Shown here one piece after another: positions 17,541 to 29,105 of a stretch of DNA of 51,009 nucleotides. Source of the stretch: Dehalococcoidia bacterium (GTDB lineage Bacteria > Chloroflexota > Dehalococcoidia > UBA2979); the NCBI GenBank assembly GCA_022451865.1, contig JAKUNM010000004.1, forward strand, positions 1 through 51,009, given 5' to 3'. Both the position numbers and the translations under genes were made by a program. The notes beneath the pieces were generated by a model, which was not told the origin of the DNA, made no database searches, and saw only the letters and a list, made by a program, of their open reading frames with translations. Every line of letters starts with the position of its first letter. The stretch's first letter is position 1.

Positions 17541-18779
17541 ATGCCGAGTCTTCCAACAGAAGGTCCTCTTAAGGATTTGAAAGTTCTTGATTTGACATGG
17601 GTTTTATCCGGTCCTTTTGCAACAATGACCCTGTCTGATTTAGGTGCTGATGTTATCAAAGTTGAAAGACCACCTTATGGTGATGTATCACGGACTACAG
17701 GACCGCTAGTGAATGGTGAATCCGGATATTTTTTCTCTGTGAACAGAGGTAAACGTTCAATATCTGTGAATTTAAAATTAGATTCTGGGAAAGATATTTT
17801 TAAGGAATTAGTAAGAGAAGTAGATATATTAGTAGAAAATTTTACCCCTGGAGTGATGTCAAAACTAGGATTGGGTTATAGCGATTTGTCAGAAATTAAT
17901 GATCGCTTGATTTATGCTGCCATTTCAGGATATGGACAAACTGGAGTAATGAGTGAACTTCCTGCTCTTGATGTTATTGTTCAAGGTGCAGGTGGAGTGA
18001 TGTCTATAACTGGAGAACATGGTGGAACTCCAGTACGCCCTGGATTATCTCTCGCAGATGTTACTGCAGGACTGTATTGTGCCATTGGTATTTTATCTGC
18101 TGTGCATGAGCGAGAACGATCTGGGAAAGGGCAATTGATAGATATTTCTATGCTGGATAGTCAAATCGCAATTTTAGAAAATGCATATATGCGCTATCAC
18201 GTTACTGGAGAAATTCCTGAAAAATTAGGGACAAGACATCCAACAGCAGTTCCTTTTCAAGCATTTGAGACTTTAGACGGATATTTAGTATTGGCTCTTG
18301 CTTGGGGAGTACCTAATCAGTGGGCGTTGTTATGTGCTGAACTTGACTTACCTGAACTTATTGATGATGAAAGATTTGCTACGGCACAGGCTCGTTCAAA
18401 AAATCATGATTTACTTGAACCTCTTCTTTCGAAAGCTTTTTTAACAAAAAACACTCAAAATTGGGTGGGTGCACTAAGTAAATTTGGTATCCCTTGTGGT
18501 CCTTTGAACGATATCCCCACTGTTACAAAAATGGATCAGGTGAAAAGTCGAAATATGTTTATCGATGTTCCACACCACACTATTGGTAATATACCTCTGA
18601 CTAATACTCCTATTAAGTTGTCTAGGACTCCTGGAGGGATTAAAGGTACCTCTCCAGATATGGGGCAAGATACGGAAGATATTTTGAAGGAATTTTTGAA
18701 ACTAGATCAATCTGAAATTGAAGATCTTTTGCAGAATGAGATCGTTAGTAATTTTCGACCACCTGTAGATCTTGGATGA
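17541..18779 (+). CDS. Family III CoA-transferase (CaiB/BaiF/Frc family)
   Basis: 412 aa. LKVLDLTWVLSGPFATMTLSDLGADVIKVE, and GLSLADVTAG carrying the conserved Asp. SD GAGGTGA lies upstream of the ATG. Confidence 0.85.
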   Translation: MPSLPTEGPLKDLKVLDLTWVLSGPFATMTLSDLGADVIKVERPPYGDVSRTTGPLVNGESGYFFSVNRGKRSISVNLKLDSGKDIFKELVREVDILVENFTPGVMSKLGLGYSDLSEINDRLIYAAISGYGQTGVMSELPALDVIVQGAGGVMSITGEHGGTPVRPGLSLADVTAGLYCAIGILSAVHERERSGKGQLIDISMLDSQIAILENAYMRYHVTGEIPEKLGTRHPTAVPFQAFETLDGYLVLALAWGVPNQWALLCAELDLPELIDDERFATAQARSKNHDLLEPLLSKAFLTKNTQNWVGALSKFGIPCGPLNDIPTVTKMDQVKSRNMFIDVPHHTIGNIPLTNTPIKLSRTPGGIKGTSPDMGQDTEDILKEFLKLDQSEIEDLLQNEIVSNFRPPVDLG

Positions 18780-18942
18780 GATATCTTATTTAGGCCATAG
18801 AGTTTTTTGTGATACATTAATATAAACTTGCGACTTTGTGATTAATAGCGCAAGATAATGCACCAATTATCGATCATGTGTTATCGTTCTCAGTTCAAGA
18901 AAATATATTTTCTGTTTAAAAAAACTGCCTTTGAGGGTTTAT

Positions 18943-21900
18943 ATGGTCGATCTGACGAGTTCTGGAACACAAGGACTTTACTGTTCTGAATACGAGCATG
19001 ATGCTTGTGGTGTTGGTTTTTTGGCACATATAAAAGGAAAAAAAACACACGATTTAATACAAAATGGACTTCTCGCATTGAGGAATTTAGACCATAGAGG
19101 TGCATGTGGCTGTGAAGAAAATACTGGTGATGGTGCTGGTATATTGATTCAAATTCCCGATCAATTTTTTCAAGAGGAATGTGAGACACTTGGTATTGAT
19201 CTTCCTCTTGCAGGCGAGTATGGGGTTGGGAATTTATTTTTACCTAAAGATGGAAAGTCATATAAGAAAATTCAAGAACTCTTTTCTCAAATAGCAATCC
19301 AAGAAAATATGAATGTTTTAGGGTGGCGTTTAGTTCCTACAAATGCTCAAGGTGCTGATATTGGTGCTACAGCGTTAGCTGCAGAACCTTTACAAATTCA
19401 AGTATTTGTAGAAAGTAGTACAAAATTACAATCACAAGATGAGTTCGAAAGAAAACTTTATGTTTTGCGAAAAGTATTTGAAAAAGAAATTACCAATCAA
19501 GAAATTGATAGTGATCTTTGTTATTTCCCTAGTCTTTCTTCTAGAACCTTGATTTATAAAGGGATGTTGACGCCCATTCAGCTTGGTGATTATTTCCCTG
19601 ATTTAGGTGATGAACGGTTAATTAGCTCTCTTGCTATGTTTCATTCACGTTTTAGTACAAACACTTTTCCAAGTTGGAAACTCGCACATCCATATAGAAT
19701 GATTTCTCACAATGGAGAAATCAATACTGTTCGAGGTAATTCGAATTGGATGAAAGCTAGAGAGGCATTGTTTGAGTCTCCATTTTTTGAAGATATTTCT
19801 AAAATTATTCCAGTTATTGATGAAGCGGGCAGTGATACTGCGATTCTTGATAATGCACTTGAATTACTTGTTCAATCTGGATGGTCTCTAGCAAATGCGA
19901 TGATGATGCTTATTCCTGAAGCTTGGAATGGTCATGAATCAATGCCTAAAGAAAAAGTTGATTTTTATGAATATCATTCAACAGTTATGGAACCATGGGA
20001 TGGACCCGCATCTGTGGCATTTACAGATGGAAAAACTATAGGAGCAGTTCTTGATCGCAATGGCCTGCGACCTTCTCGTTATGTTGTGACCAAAGATGAT
20101 TTAGTATTAATGGCCTCTGAAGTAGGCGCTTTACCGTTTGAGCCAGAACGTGTGTTGCGAAAAGGTCGTTTACAACCTGGAAAGATGTTCTTAGTTAGCC
20201 TCGAAGAGGGAAGAATCATTGACGATGAGGAATTAAAATTAGATTTAGCATCCTCAAAACCATTTGGTGAATGGAATAATAATCATTTACACCATATTGA
20301 TAATTTTTCAGATGATATTTCTGAAATAAGCCCTTCTCCTAAAGACATTCCCATTGAGACTTTACAGTTAGCATTTGGATATACGGTTGAAGACTTAAAA
20401 TATATTCTCGGGCCGATGATGACTAATAGTGAAGAGTCGATTGGCTCTATGGGTACAGATACTCCGTTAGCAGTATTGTCTAATCAATCTCAGCCCTTAT
20501 TCAACTATTTTCAACAATTATTTGCTCAAGTTACTAATCCACCACTTGATGCTATACGTGAAGAATTAGTGACTGCTGTTGATACATTACTTGGTCCTGA
20601 AGGAAATTTACTTGATCAAAGTTTCCCAGAAATTGACTTGGTAAAGTTATCTAGTCCTGTTCTAAGTAATAGGCAAATGCAAACAATTATTAACTTGGAT
20701 ACTGACCAGCGATTTAGAACTGTTCAAATCCCAATACTTTTTGATGCCACTGGTGGAGGTGATAAGTTAAATGCAGGTATGGAAAAGATGTTCTCCGCAG
20801 CTGAGAAAGCTATAGAAAACGGTGCAAGTATATTAGTACTTTCCGATAGAAAAACAAGTCGAGATTTTGCACCTATTCCTTCTCTTCTAGCTGTTGCAGG
20901 TTTACACCATTATTTGGTTAGAGAGAAAAAACGTACCAAAGTTGGGATTGTGCTTGAAACAGCAGAAGCACGTGAAGTCCATCATTTTGCATTGTTATTA
21001 GGATATGGCGCGAATGCCATCAATCCTTATTTGGCTATTGATTCTATTTCACGTTTGCATGATGAAGGGTATGTCAGTTCTGAAATTACTGAAAAAGATG
21101 CTAAAGAACATTACCTTAAGGCAGTGAAAAAAGGTGTAGTTAAAGTAATGTCAAAGATGGGTATCTCTACAGTCCAAGCTTATAGGGGAGCTCAGATCTT
21201 TGAAGCCATTGGTCTGGGTCCTCAATTTGTTGAAAAATACTTTACTAAAACAGCATCTAGAATTGGTGGAGTTGGTATTGAAGAAGTTGGTGAAGAAACA
21301 CTCTTACGACATAGGACAGCATTCCCACAACGTGAAGGTGGAATAAATTTCCTTGAGTGGGGCGGTCAATATCAATGGAGAAGAGATGGTGAATTTCATT
21401 TGTTCAACCCTGACACAGTTTTTAAACTGCAACATGCCACTAAATCTGACCGTGAAGATATTTTTCGCGAATACACAAAAATTGTAGATGAGCAGAGTAC
21501 AAATATGTCAACGTTACGTGGTTTGTTTGAATTAAAAACTAACGTTACCCCTATACCACTAGACGAAGTTGAATCAGCTGAGGAGATCTATAAACGCTTT
21601 AAGACTGGTGCTATGTCTTATGGTTCTATTAGTGCTGAAGCTCATGAAACACTTGCTATCGCAATGAATCGTATAGGTGGAAAAAGTAATACAGGTGAAG
21701 GTGGCGAAGACAGAAGGCGCTTTACTCCTGATGAAAATGGAGATTTACGGCGCAGTGCAATCAAACAAGTTGCCTCTGGTAGATTTGGTGTGACGAGTGA
21801 GTATTTGGTGAATTCTGATGAAATTCAAATTAAAATGGCTCAAGGAGCCAAGCCTGGCGAAGGTGGACAACTACCTGGCCATAAAGTATATCCATGGATT

Positions 21901-23505
21901 GCTGATGTTAGAAATTCTACGCCTGGTGTGCCCTTAATTAGTCCTCCACCTCATCATGATATTTATTCTATTGAAGATCTTGCTCAATTAATTCATGATT
22001 TAAAAAATGCTAATAGGTATGCGAGAATTTCAGTTAAGTTAGTTGCTGAAGTCGGTGTGGGCACTGTTGCTGCTGGTGTTGCTAAAGCAAAATCTGATGT
22101 TGTGCTTATTAGTGGTCATGACGGTGGTACTGGTGCAAGCCCATTAACATCTTTAAAACATGCAGGGCTTCCATGGGAATTAGGATTAGCTGAAACCCAA
22201 CAAACTTTGGTTCTAAATAAATTGCGTGATCGAATCACTGTAGAAGTTGATGGTCAACTTAAAACAGGGCGTGACGTTATTATTGGCGCGTTATTAGGTG
22301 CGGAAGAATTTGGATTTGCAACTGCACCATTGGTTGTAATGGGTTGTGTGATGATGCGCGTTTGTCATCTGGATACTTGTCCCGTAGGAATAGCTACTCA
22401 AAACCCTCAACTACGCGAACGATTTGAAGGCCAAGCAGAACATGTAGTTAACTTTTTTAAATTTATTGCTGAAGAAATTCGAGAATATATGGCTGCTTTA
22501 GGTTTTCGCAATTTTGATGAAATGATCGGTCGTAGTGATTTACTTGATATGCGTGATGCTGTTGAACACTGGAAGGCAGGTGGTTTGGATTTGTCTGCCA
22601 TACTGTATCGTCCAGAAATGTCAGAAGATGTAGCTACGCATTGTGTTATTGAACAAGATCATGGATTAGAAGAAGCCTTGGACCAAGAATTACTTGTACT
22701 GACAAAATCTGCAGTAGACAAAGGTGAAAAAATAGCACTCACAATGCCAATCACTAATCGTAACCGCACGGTTGGGACAATTCTAGGAAGTGAAATTAGT
22801 CTAAAATATGGCAATATAGGATTGCCTGATGACACAATTGATATTCATTTCAAAGGTTCAGCTGGACAAAGTTTTGGTGCTTTTATTCCTTCAGGTATCA
22901 CCTTGAATTTGGAAGGTGATACGAATGACTATGTGGGGAAAGGTCTTTCAGGAGGAAGAATTATTATTTGCCCTCCTGCAGAATCTACTTTTGTACCTGA
23001 AGAAAATATCATTATTGGTAATGTGGCTCTTTATGGTGCTACTAGTGGTTCTGCATTCTTTCGTGGTATTGCCGGTGAACGTTTTGCTGTCAGGAACAGT
23101 GGAGCATTTACAGTCGTTGAAGGTACAGGTGATCACGCTTGTGAATATATGACTGGAGGGCGTGTAGTTATTATTGGTAAAACAGGTAGAAATTTTGGTG
23201 CTGGTATGAGCGGCGGCATTGCTTACGTTTATGATCCTGACAATGACTTTGCGTCACGATGTAATATGGAGATGATCGGACTAGAAAAGCTGGAGGAACC
23301 AGAAGATCTTGATTTAGTTAAAGGTTTGCTTGAGAGACATTCTGAATACACTGAAAGTACGGTGTCAAAAAATATTTTGAACCAATGGCCTAAAATTGCT
23401 GATTCATTTGTTAAAGTCATGCCTTTGGAATATCGTAGAGTGTTAAACGAACAAGCAGCAGCTAATGAAAATAAAGCTGAAGGGGTATCTCTGACTAATG
23501 GCTAA
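18943..23505 (+). CDS. gltB: Glutamate synthase large subunit
   Basis: Ntn-amidotransferase N-terminus ...[12 protein letters not shown]/Fe-S central domain ([41 protein letters not shown]) and the C-terminal GXGXG beta-helix. ATG 18943 is preceded by GAGGG. The ORF track opens at TTG 18931. Confidence 0.95.
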   Translation: MVDLTSSGTQGLYCSEYEHDACGVGFLAHIKGKKTHDLIQNGLLALRNLDHRGACGCEENTGDGAGILIQIPDQFFQEECETLGIDLPLAGEYGVGNLFLPKDGKSYKKIQELFSQIAIQENMNVLGWRLVPTNAQGADIGATALAAEPLQIQVFVESSTKLQSQDEFERKLYVLRKVFEKEITNQEIDSDLCYFPSLSSRTLIYKGMLTPIQLGDYFPDLGDERLISSLAMFHSRFSTNTFPSWKLAHPYRMISHNGEINTVRGNSNWMKAREALFESPFFEDISKIIPVIDEAGSDTAILDNALELLVQSGWSLANAMMMLIPEAWNGHESMPKEKVDFYEYHSTVMEPWDGPASVAFTDGKTIGAVLDRNGLRPSRYVVTKDDLVLMASEVGALPFEPERVLRKGRLQPGKMFLVSLEEGRIIDDEELKLDLASSKPFGEWNNNHLHHIDNFSDDISEISPSPKDIPIETLQLAFGYTVEDLKYILGPMMTNSEESIGSMGTDTPLAVLSNQSQPLFNYFQQLFAQVTNPPLDAIREELVTAVDTLLGPEGNLLDQSFPEIDLVKLSSPVLSNRQMQTIINLDTDQRFRTVQIPILFDATGGGDKLNAGMEKMFSAAEKAIENGASILVLSDRKTSRDFAPIPSLLAVAGLHHYLVREKKRTKVGIVLETAEAREVHHFALLLGYGANAINPYLAIDSISRLHDEGYVSSEITEKDAKEHYLKAVKKGVVKVMSKMGISTVQAYRGAQIFEAIGLGPQFVEKYFTKTASRIGGVGIEEVGEETLLRHRTAFPQREGGINFLEWGGQYQWRRDGEFHLFNPDTVFKLQHATKSDREDIFREYTKIVDEQSTNMSTLRGLFELKTNVTPIPLDEVESAEEIYKRFKTGAMSYGSISAEAHETLAIAMNRIGGKSNTGEGGEDRRRFTPDENGDLRRSAIKQVASGRFGVTSEYLVNSDEIQIKMAQGAKPGEGGQLPGHKVYPWIADVRNSTPGVPLISPPPHHDIYSIEDLAQLIHDLKNANRYARISVKLVAEVGVGTVAAGVAKAKSDVVLISGHDGGTGASPLTSLKHAGLPWELGLAETQQTLVLNKLRDRITVEVDGQLKTGRDVIIGALLGAEEFGFATAPLVVMGCVMMRVCHLDTCPVGIATQNPQLRERFEGQAEHVVNFFKFIAEEIREYMAALGFRNFDEMIGRSDLLDMRDAVEHWKAGGLDLSAILYRPEMSEDVATHCVIEQDHGLEEALDQELLVLTKSAVDKGEKIALTMPITNRNRTVGTILGSEISLKYGNIGLPDDTIDIHFKGSAGQSFGAFIPSGITLNLEGDTNDYVGKGLSGGRIIICPPAESTFVPEENIIIGNVALYGATSGSAFFRGIAGERFAVRNSGAFTVVEGTGDHACEYMTGGRVVIIGKTGRNFGAGMSGGIAYVYDPDNDFASRCNMEMIGLEKLEEPEDLDLVKGLLERHSEYTESTVSKNILNQWPKIADSFVKVMPLEYRRVLNEQAAANENKAEGVSLTNG

Positions 23506-24940
23506 ACCAACAGGATTTTTGGAATTTTCGCGTGAAACTCCTTCTCGTCGACCAGTTAAATCACGTGTTAATGATTGGCTGGAAGTATACGAAGAGTTCC
23601 CAGTTGTTTCATTACAAGCACAAGCAGCTCGCTGTATGGATTGTGGCATTCCATTTTGTCATCAAGGATGTCCATTAGGGAATATGATACCTGATTGGAA
23701 TGATCAAGTTTATAAAAATAAATGGGAAGATGCTCTTGAACGATTACATGCGACAAACAATTTCCCTGAATTTACTGGACGATTGTGTCCTGCACCTTGT
23801 GAAGCGTCATGTGTATTAGGGATCAATCAAGATCCTGTAACGATCAAGCAAGTCGAAATTGAAATTATTGAACATGCCTTTGCTGAAGGTTGGATTAAAC
23901 CTCAACCTCCTCTAAAGAAAACTGGTAAGTCTGTTGCTGTAGTGGGTTCTGGTCCAGCTGGCTTGGCAACTGCTCAACAGTTGGCTCGTGCAGGGCATGC
24001 AGTCACAGTTTTTGAACGAGAAGATAGGATCGGCGGTTTATTACGTTACGGTATTCCTGACTTTAAGATGCAAAAAGAATTTATCGATCGTCGACTTAAT
24101 CAAATGGAACTCGAGGGTGTTATTTTTCAAGTTTCTACAAATGTTGGAGTTGATATTGATGTTTCTACACTTACGAAGGAATTCGATGCAATTTGTTTGG
24201 CGGGTGGGTCGACTGTTGCTAGAGATCTAGAGGTACCAGGTAGAGAATTACAAGGTGTATATCCTGCTATGACGTACTTGCCCTTACAAAATAAGGTCAA
24301 TGCTGGAGATGATATAAAGTCTGATGATTTTATTTCTGCGGAAGACAAAAAGGTTATTATTCTTGGTGGTGGTGATACTGGAGCAGATTGTTTAGGTACC
24401 GCTATTCGTCAAGGTGCTTCGCAGATACTGCAGTATGAATTACTTCCTCGCCCACCCGATGAAAGGTCAAATGATAATCCTTGGCCTACATGGCCAAATA
24501 TTTACCGTGTTTCTTCAGCTCATGAAGAAGGTGGAGTACGTGATTACAGTATTTTGACAAAACATCTTTCTGGTGAGAATGGTATTTTAAAAAAACTGCA
24601 TGCTGTTCGCGTGGAAATGACTTTTGAAGATGGTCGTATGCAGTTAAAAGAAATACCAGATTCTGAATTCGAAGTTGAAGTAGATTTATTACTGCTAGCT
24701 ATGGGTTTTGTTGGTCCTGAGAGAAACGGTTTAGTTAATGAACTTGGTGTGAAATTAACTGATCGTGGAAATATTTGGGCTGATGAAAATAAAATGACTA
24801 GTATTGATGGTGTTTTTACTGCTGGTGACATGACTCGAGGACAATCACTAATTGTTTGGGCAATAGCAGAAGGACGAACTGCTGCTCGTCATATTGATGA
24901 ATACTTAATGGGATCTAGCGTTCTACCTGCACCGATTTAG
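23498..24940 (+). CDS. gltD: Glutamate synthase small subunit (NADPH)
   Basis: 480 aa. Fe-S Cys clusters [10 protein letters not shown] and [15 protein letters not shown] folds [12 protein letters not shown] and [13 protein letters not shown]. Overlaps gltB by 8 nt. Confidence 0.95.
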   Translation: MAKPTGFLEFSRETPSRRPVKSRVNDWLEVYEEFPVVSLQAQAARCMDCGIPFCHQGCPLGNMIPDWNDQVYKNKWEDALERLHATNNFPEFTGRLCPAPCEASCVLGINQDPVTIKQVEIEIIEHAFAEGWIKPQPPLKKTGKSVAVVGSGPAGLATAQQLARAGHAVTVFEREDRIGGLLRYGIPDFKMQKEFIDRRLNQMELEGVIFQVSTNVGVDIDVSTLTKEFDAICLAGGSTVARDLEVPGRELQGVYPAMTYLPLQNKVNAGDDIKSDDFISAEDKKVIILGGGDTGADCLGTAIRQGASQILQYELLPRPPDERSNDNPWPTWPNIYRVSSAHEEGGVRDYSILTKHLSGENGILKKLHAVRVEMTFEDGRMQLKEIPDSEFEVEVDLLLLAMGFVGPERNGLVNELGVKLTDRGNIWADENKMTSIDGVFTAGDMTRGQSLIVWAIAEGRTAARHIDEYLMGSSVLPAPI

Positions 24941-24948
24941 TCAATATA

Positions 24949-27900
24949 TTATTCATAACGAAGTGCTTCGGCTACTGGTACTTTTGAAGCACTCCGTGCT
25001 GGTAAAATTGTCATGATTGCGCTTGCGAGATAAGCAATTCCTACAACTATTAACACCCGTGTCCAAGGAATTGCGACGTCAATGTCTGTACCATCAGTAA
25101 AATCTGGTGATGTCATCAGGTTATATCCTAACGCTGCCCCTAGGGATACTCCAAGTATTATTCCTGTTAGAGCAATAAATGATGATTCCAGGAAAAAGGA
25201 AAAGGCGATGAGTTTTCGTGAATATCCGATGGCACGTAACATACCTATTTGTTGTCTACGTTCTGTTACGGTTCGAAATGCAATTACACCCAGTGCTGCA
25301 ACCCCCACAATAAGTCCTAAGCTCATAAAACCTTGGAATAGTGAAGAAAAAGCATTAGAAGTGCTTGCACTTTCTTGAATTTTTTGACTCAGTGAAATTG
25401 CTTGAACACCTTTATTGATTAACGATCTTTCGATATCGTTTGCTATTCGAACAGTATTTTCGACATCGTGCTGATTTGTTACAAGAAAGTAGGAATCAGG
25501 ATAATTATTCTTATGCATTTCACCAAATGCTTCATAATTTATGAATAAAGAATTCCATTGTGGTACTGTGCCGCTGATAATGGGTGATTCTACAAAACCA
25601 ATTATGTAGAAAATTTGTTCTTCATTTTCATCTGCTACTTTAAAAGTTACTGCGATAGGTTCCCAAGGCGTCTCTTGCAATTCGGTAATAGAACCTTCTA
25701 TTTGTAATCCTTCAGGTGGTGGACCAAATCCACCGTCATCTCTAACAAAAATTTGAGGATTACCAAGAGCAAAATTATTATTGTTTTTTAATGCTAGCAT
25801 TACAGACTGATCACTTGAATATCCTTTCGCAAATGTTGAGAGAGGGAAGTCAGCACTGTCTATAAAGTCACTATCAATACCAGAAACTTGGTAGCGTTTA
25901 AATTTGTCATTAATTTTTTCTGTCGGTCTCATTTTGAATTGATGTGATTGTAGTTTTCCAATTGAACGTATTTCGGTATCGAGATCATAACCTTGATTGA
26001 TGAGTTCAGTTCTCAAATCAGGAAGAGCATTGTTTTGGTTTGCAATAATTTGTATATCAAATCCACCCTGAGCATCTTCTCCAGTGAATAATTGTGTAAA
26101 GTTATAATTTAATGTGGCCATTACTACCAGACTAAATACAACTAATGTAAACATTGATAATGTCATGCCTGTTCGGAATTTGGATGCAAGCGGGTATGAA
26201 ATAGCAGTACGCACTGCTGGTGTAATTCCTCCGAGTATGGGTTGGAAAAACCCAGCCACCCTAACAAGTATATCTGCATTGAAAATCACAAATAATGTAC
26301 TTGCTGCTGTAATACAAATACCTGAAACAAAGAACATCTCAATATTCCCTGATATATCAGCGTGACCTAATCCGAATAGCTTGAATAATGCATTTACAGG
26401 ATCCTGCCACACTTCTGCAGTTCCACTTGTGGTTGCCCCTTCAATAAAAAGAGAAAATGGTAAAGGTAATAACCAATACCAAAGTGTAATAATTGAAGCT
26501 ATTGTAAAAGTTAAACGAGCCTGTGCCTTGAAATGAACTGCCATCATCGCAATAGAAAAGATAGCTAATGTCATTCCAGCTGTGTATGCGAATGCCTGTT
26601 GAGAGATCCAACCACCCCAATAGACCGCAATACAACCAATAAGGAGCATTAATAAAGCCCATCCTCCAGTATTTTGGTGGTTACTTGCCCATTGTTTTGT
26701 CCGGAGTAATAACCAAGTGATAAAGGCAATAATATTGAAAGAGATCCACCACAAAATGAGCAATTTTGATTTTTTATGATTTATATGTGTTGCGCCCCAA
26801 ATATAGAATGCAGAGATTACAATACCTGCTAACAAACTGGCTCCATATGTAGTGAGCCCATATATAAATCCGAAAAATACAAGAACTGCACCCAGGCTAA
26901 CTAAAACAAACCAAATTAAATACCAAATGGACGCACCTGTTGCCGCTATTAATCCTGAGAATGAAGTATCTTTACTTTTTAATAAGTCAGGTTCAGGGAT
27001 ATCTCTTATTGCGCGGACGATATTGATGTTTGCAGATCTCCATGAAGCCAAAGTAACAGTGATAAATGTGATTACGATCCCAAGGAGATAAGCCACAAAA
27101 AAGCCAGTCCAATTAAAATGAAAGCTTAGTTCGAGACCAAAATCATCGAACACTAACGATTCTAATATTTGTAGCAATGCATAGGAAACACCTAATCCGA
27201 GAGCTGCACCTATAAATGCAGATACAATGTTGTAGGTCATACCTTCAGCAATAAAAGCAAATGTGAGTTGTAATCGATTCATCCCTATCGCTCTTGCCAT
27301 ACCCATTTCTGCTTTTCTTTCTGCAGCCAAAAGAACAAAAGTTAAGAAGATGAGCATTATTCCTGCGGCTATAGAAAAGAGTCCAAAGATAAGAAAAAAG
27401 GTGACAAAAATAGATCCGATGAGTTCTGCAAAATCAATTGCTTCAGATTTATTTTGAGTAGTACGTATAGGTAGGTCGTTTTTTTTGATTAATTCTTTAA
27501 AGTCATTCTCTATTCCAGGGATTAGGTCTAATGTTCCACGTATTCCTCCCTGTGCTGAAATTAGTATGTTATCTACTCGTAAAGGACTTTTAAGAATTGA
27601 TCGAGAGCTTTCGATGTTTGTTACTACTCCACCCCAACCTCCGTCATTACTAAAATGAGAAACGATATTATTATCATGGATAATGTCTTTAACTTTGAAG
27701 TCGTATGGTGAATTTTCAATATATATTCGGATAGTTTCATTTTTTGATATTTGTATCTCTTCAGCTAGCAGATAGGTTACATAAACTTCATTTTTTTCTA
27801 GATTTTTAATATCTAATTGGCAATTTATATTTTCTAATGCATTTGTATTGGGTTCTTCACATTCAGATACAGAAGTTAAAGGACCGAAGGCTTCAAATGA

Positions 27901-28368
27901 AAGATCGTCTATACCAACCAGAACAGCTTGTGGTGAAGAAAGTAGTTGATCAAGATTAATTGCAGGTACATAAGCTTTTACGGTACCTGTTACTCCATCA
28001 ACGTTCTCATTTGATGCAAAGTGTTGACGTACTTGTTCGACGTGTTTTTGTTGGATTCCTTCAGGCGAATCACGTTTTACTTCCCCGATGACATCTACAT
28101 TTCCAAAACCCCAATAGGTTCCATTGGTAACAGAATAGGCTACAGTATCTCCTGTAGCGAAAGCTGCGCTTATAATGAGAGTTGATAGCATTAACCCTAT
28201 TACGATTAATGCAGTTTGAGTTTTTCGTCGTATTACATTTCTGAATCCCATTGATAATAATAATCGATGGCGCCAACCAATATAGATTAGTAATGCAATA
28301 ATTAAACTAGTGACTAGCATGAGGCCAGATAAAATCGAAGTTAAAGAAACACCGAAAAGACTATCCAT
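24949..28368 (-). CDS. Fused double FtsX/MacB-type ABC transporter permease with an extra polytopic insert
   Basis: 1139 aa. Two MacB-like units (FRNVIRRKTQTALIVIG... and LASKFRTGMTLSMF...). Each has a large extracytoplasmic domain followed by an FtsX 3-helix bundle (ERKAEMGMARAIGMNRLQL / ERRQQIGMLRAIGYSRKLI). About 300 aa of additional hydrophobic helices lie between them. Confidence 0.85.
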   Translation of the reverse strand: MDSLFGVSLTSILSGLMLVTSLIIALLIYIGWRHRLLLSMGFRNVIRRKTQTALIVIGLMLSTLIISAAFATGDTVAYSVTNGTYWGFGNVDVIGEVKRDSPEGIQQKHVEQVRQHFASNENVDGVTGTVKAYVPAINLDQLLSSPQAVLVGIDDLSFEAFGPLTSVSECEEPNTNALENINCQLDIKNLEKNEVYVTYLLAEEIQISKNETIRIYIENSPYDFKVKDIIHDNNIVSHFSNDGGWGGVVTNIESSRSILKSPLRVDNILISAQGGIRGTLDLIPGIENDFKELIKKNDLPIRTTQNKSEAIDFAELIGSIFVTFFLIFGLFSIAAGIMLIFLTFVLLAAERKAEMGMARAIGMNRLQLTFAFIAEGMTYNIVSAFIGAALGLGVSYALLQILESLVFDDFGLELSFHFNWTGFFVAYLLGIVITFITVTLASWRSANINIVRAIRDIPEPDLLKSKDTSFSGLIAATGASIWYLIWFVLVSLGAVLVFFGFIYGLTTYGASLLAGIVISAFYIWGATHINHKKSKLLILWWISFNIIAFITWLLLRTKQWASNHQNTGGWALLMLLIGCIAVYWGGWISQQAFAYTAGMTLAIFSIAMMAVHFKAQARLTFTIASIITLWYWLLPLPFSLFIEGATTSGTAEVWQDPVNALFKLFGLGHADISGNIEMFFVSGICITAASTLFVIFNADILVRVAGFFQPILGGITPAVRTAISYPLASKFRTGMTLSMFTLVVFSLVVMATLNYNFTQLFTGEDAQGGFDIQIIANQNNALPDLRTELINQGYDLDTEIRSIGKLQSHQFKMRPTEKINDKFKRYQVSGIDSDFIDSADFPLSTFAKGYSSDQSVMLALKNNNNFALGNPQIFVRDDGGFGPPPEGLQIEGSITELQETPWEPIAVTFKVADENEEQIFYIIGFVESPIISGTVPQWNSLFINYEAFGEMHKNNYPDSYFLVTNQHDVENTVRIANDIERSLINKGVQAISLSQKIQESASTSNAFSSLFQGFMSLGLIVGVAALGVIAFRTVTERRQQIGMLRAIGYSRKLIAFSFFLESSFIALTGIILGVSLGAALGYNLMTSPDFTDGTDIDVAIPWTRVLIVVGIAYLASAIMTILPARSASKVPVAEALRYE

Positions 28369-29057
28369 TAGGTGAATTCTTCATTTTCAATTTGCCCATC
28401 ACGCATCTGAATGATTCTGTTGCATTGTTTTGCTATTCCAGAATCATGTGTGACGATTACGAATGTCTGCCCTTGTTCTTTATTTAATGATTTCATCAAA
28501 TCCATAATTTCTGTAGCCGTTTGTGAATCTAGATCGCCTGTTGGCTCATCTGCCCAAACAATTGCTGGATTGTTAACGAGTGCTCTTGCAATTGTTACTC
28601 TTTGGCGTTGCCCTCCAGAGAGTTGTGCAGGTTTATGAGTTTTCCAATCAGTCAACCCAACTAAATCCAGCATTTTAAGGGACTGCTCTCGTGCCTCACT
28701 AGGACGTACTCCTGAAACTAGTAATGGAAGTTCAATATTTTCGATTGCATTCAATACGGGAAGTAGATTGTAAAATTGAAAAATAAAACCCATACGTCGG
28801 GCCCTGTAATCGGTTTTACTATTATCATCCAATTGAGATAAATCAGTATTTTCAATATGAATTGTTCCACTATTGATGTCATCAATTCCTGAAAGACAAT
28901 TCAAAAGTGTAGTTTTTCCACACCCTGACGGGCCCATGATAGCAACCATGGAGCCTCTTTCTATGTTAATCGAGAGATCTTGCAAGGCACGAACGTGCAC
29001 CTCGCCAGTATCGTATGTTTTAAAAATATTTTGTGCAGAGATAATTTGCTCTACCAT
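28368..29057 (-). CDS. ABC transporter ATP-binding protein (MacB/LolD-type)
   Basis: 229 aa. Walker A GPSGCGKTT, signature LSGGQRQR, Walker B IVWADEPTGDLD, H-loop VTHD. Shares 1 nt with the start of the downstream permease. Confidence 0.9.
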   Translation of the reverse strand: MVEQIISAQNIFKTYDTGEVHVRALQDLSINIERGSMVAIMGPSGCGKTTLLNCLSGIDDINSGTIHIENTDLSQLDDNSKTDYRARRMGFIFQFYNLLPVLNAIENIELPLLVSGVRPSEAREQSLKMLDLVGLTDWKTHKPAQLSGGQRQRVTIARALVNNPAIVWADEPTGDLDSQTATEIMDLMKSLNKEQGQTFVIVTHDSGIAKQCNRIIQMRDGQIENEEFT

Positions 29058-29105
29058 AATAATATCCTAGATATCGAATAGTAAGATTGTATCTCGCTTT
29101 TAATA

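Noticed and set aside
18780-18942. Glutamine (glnA-type) riboswitch or other leader upstream of gltB; CTTGCG...CGCAAG hairpin at 18827..18854
   Set aside because: The conserved glnA-RNA words (CGUUCACC, ACGGAAG) are absent. The 6-bp hairpin has a 16-nt loop and no U-tract, so I cannot support either a terminator or a riboswitch call.
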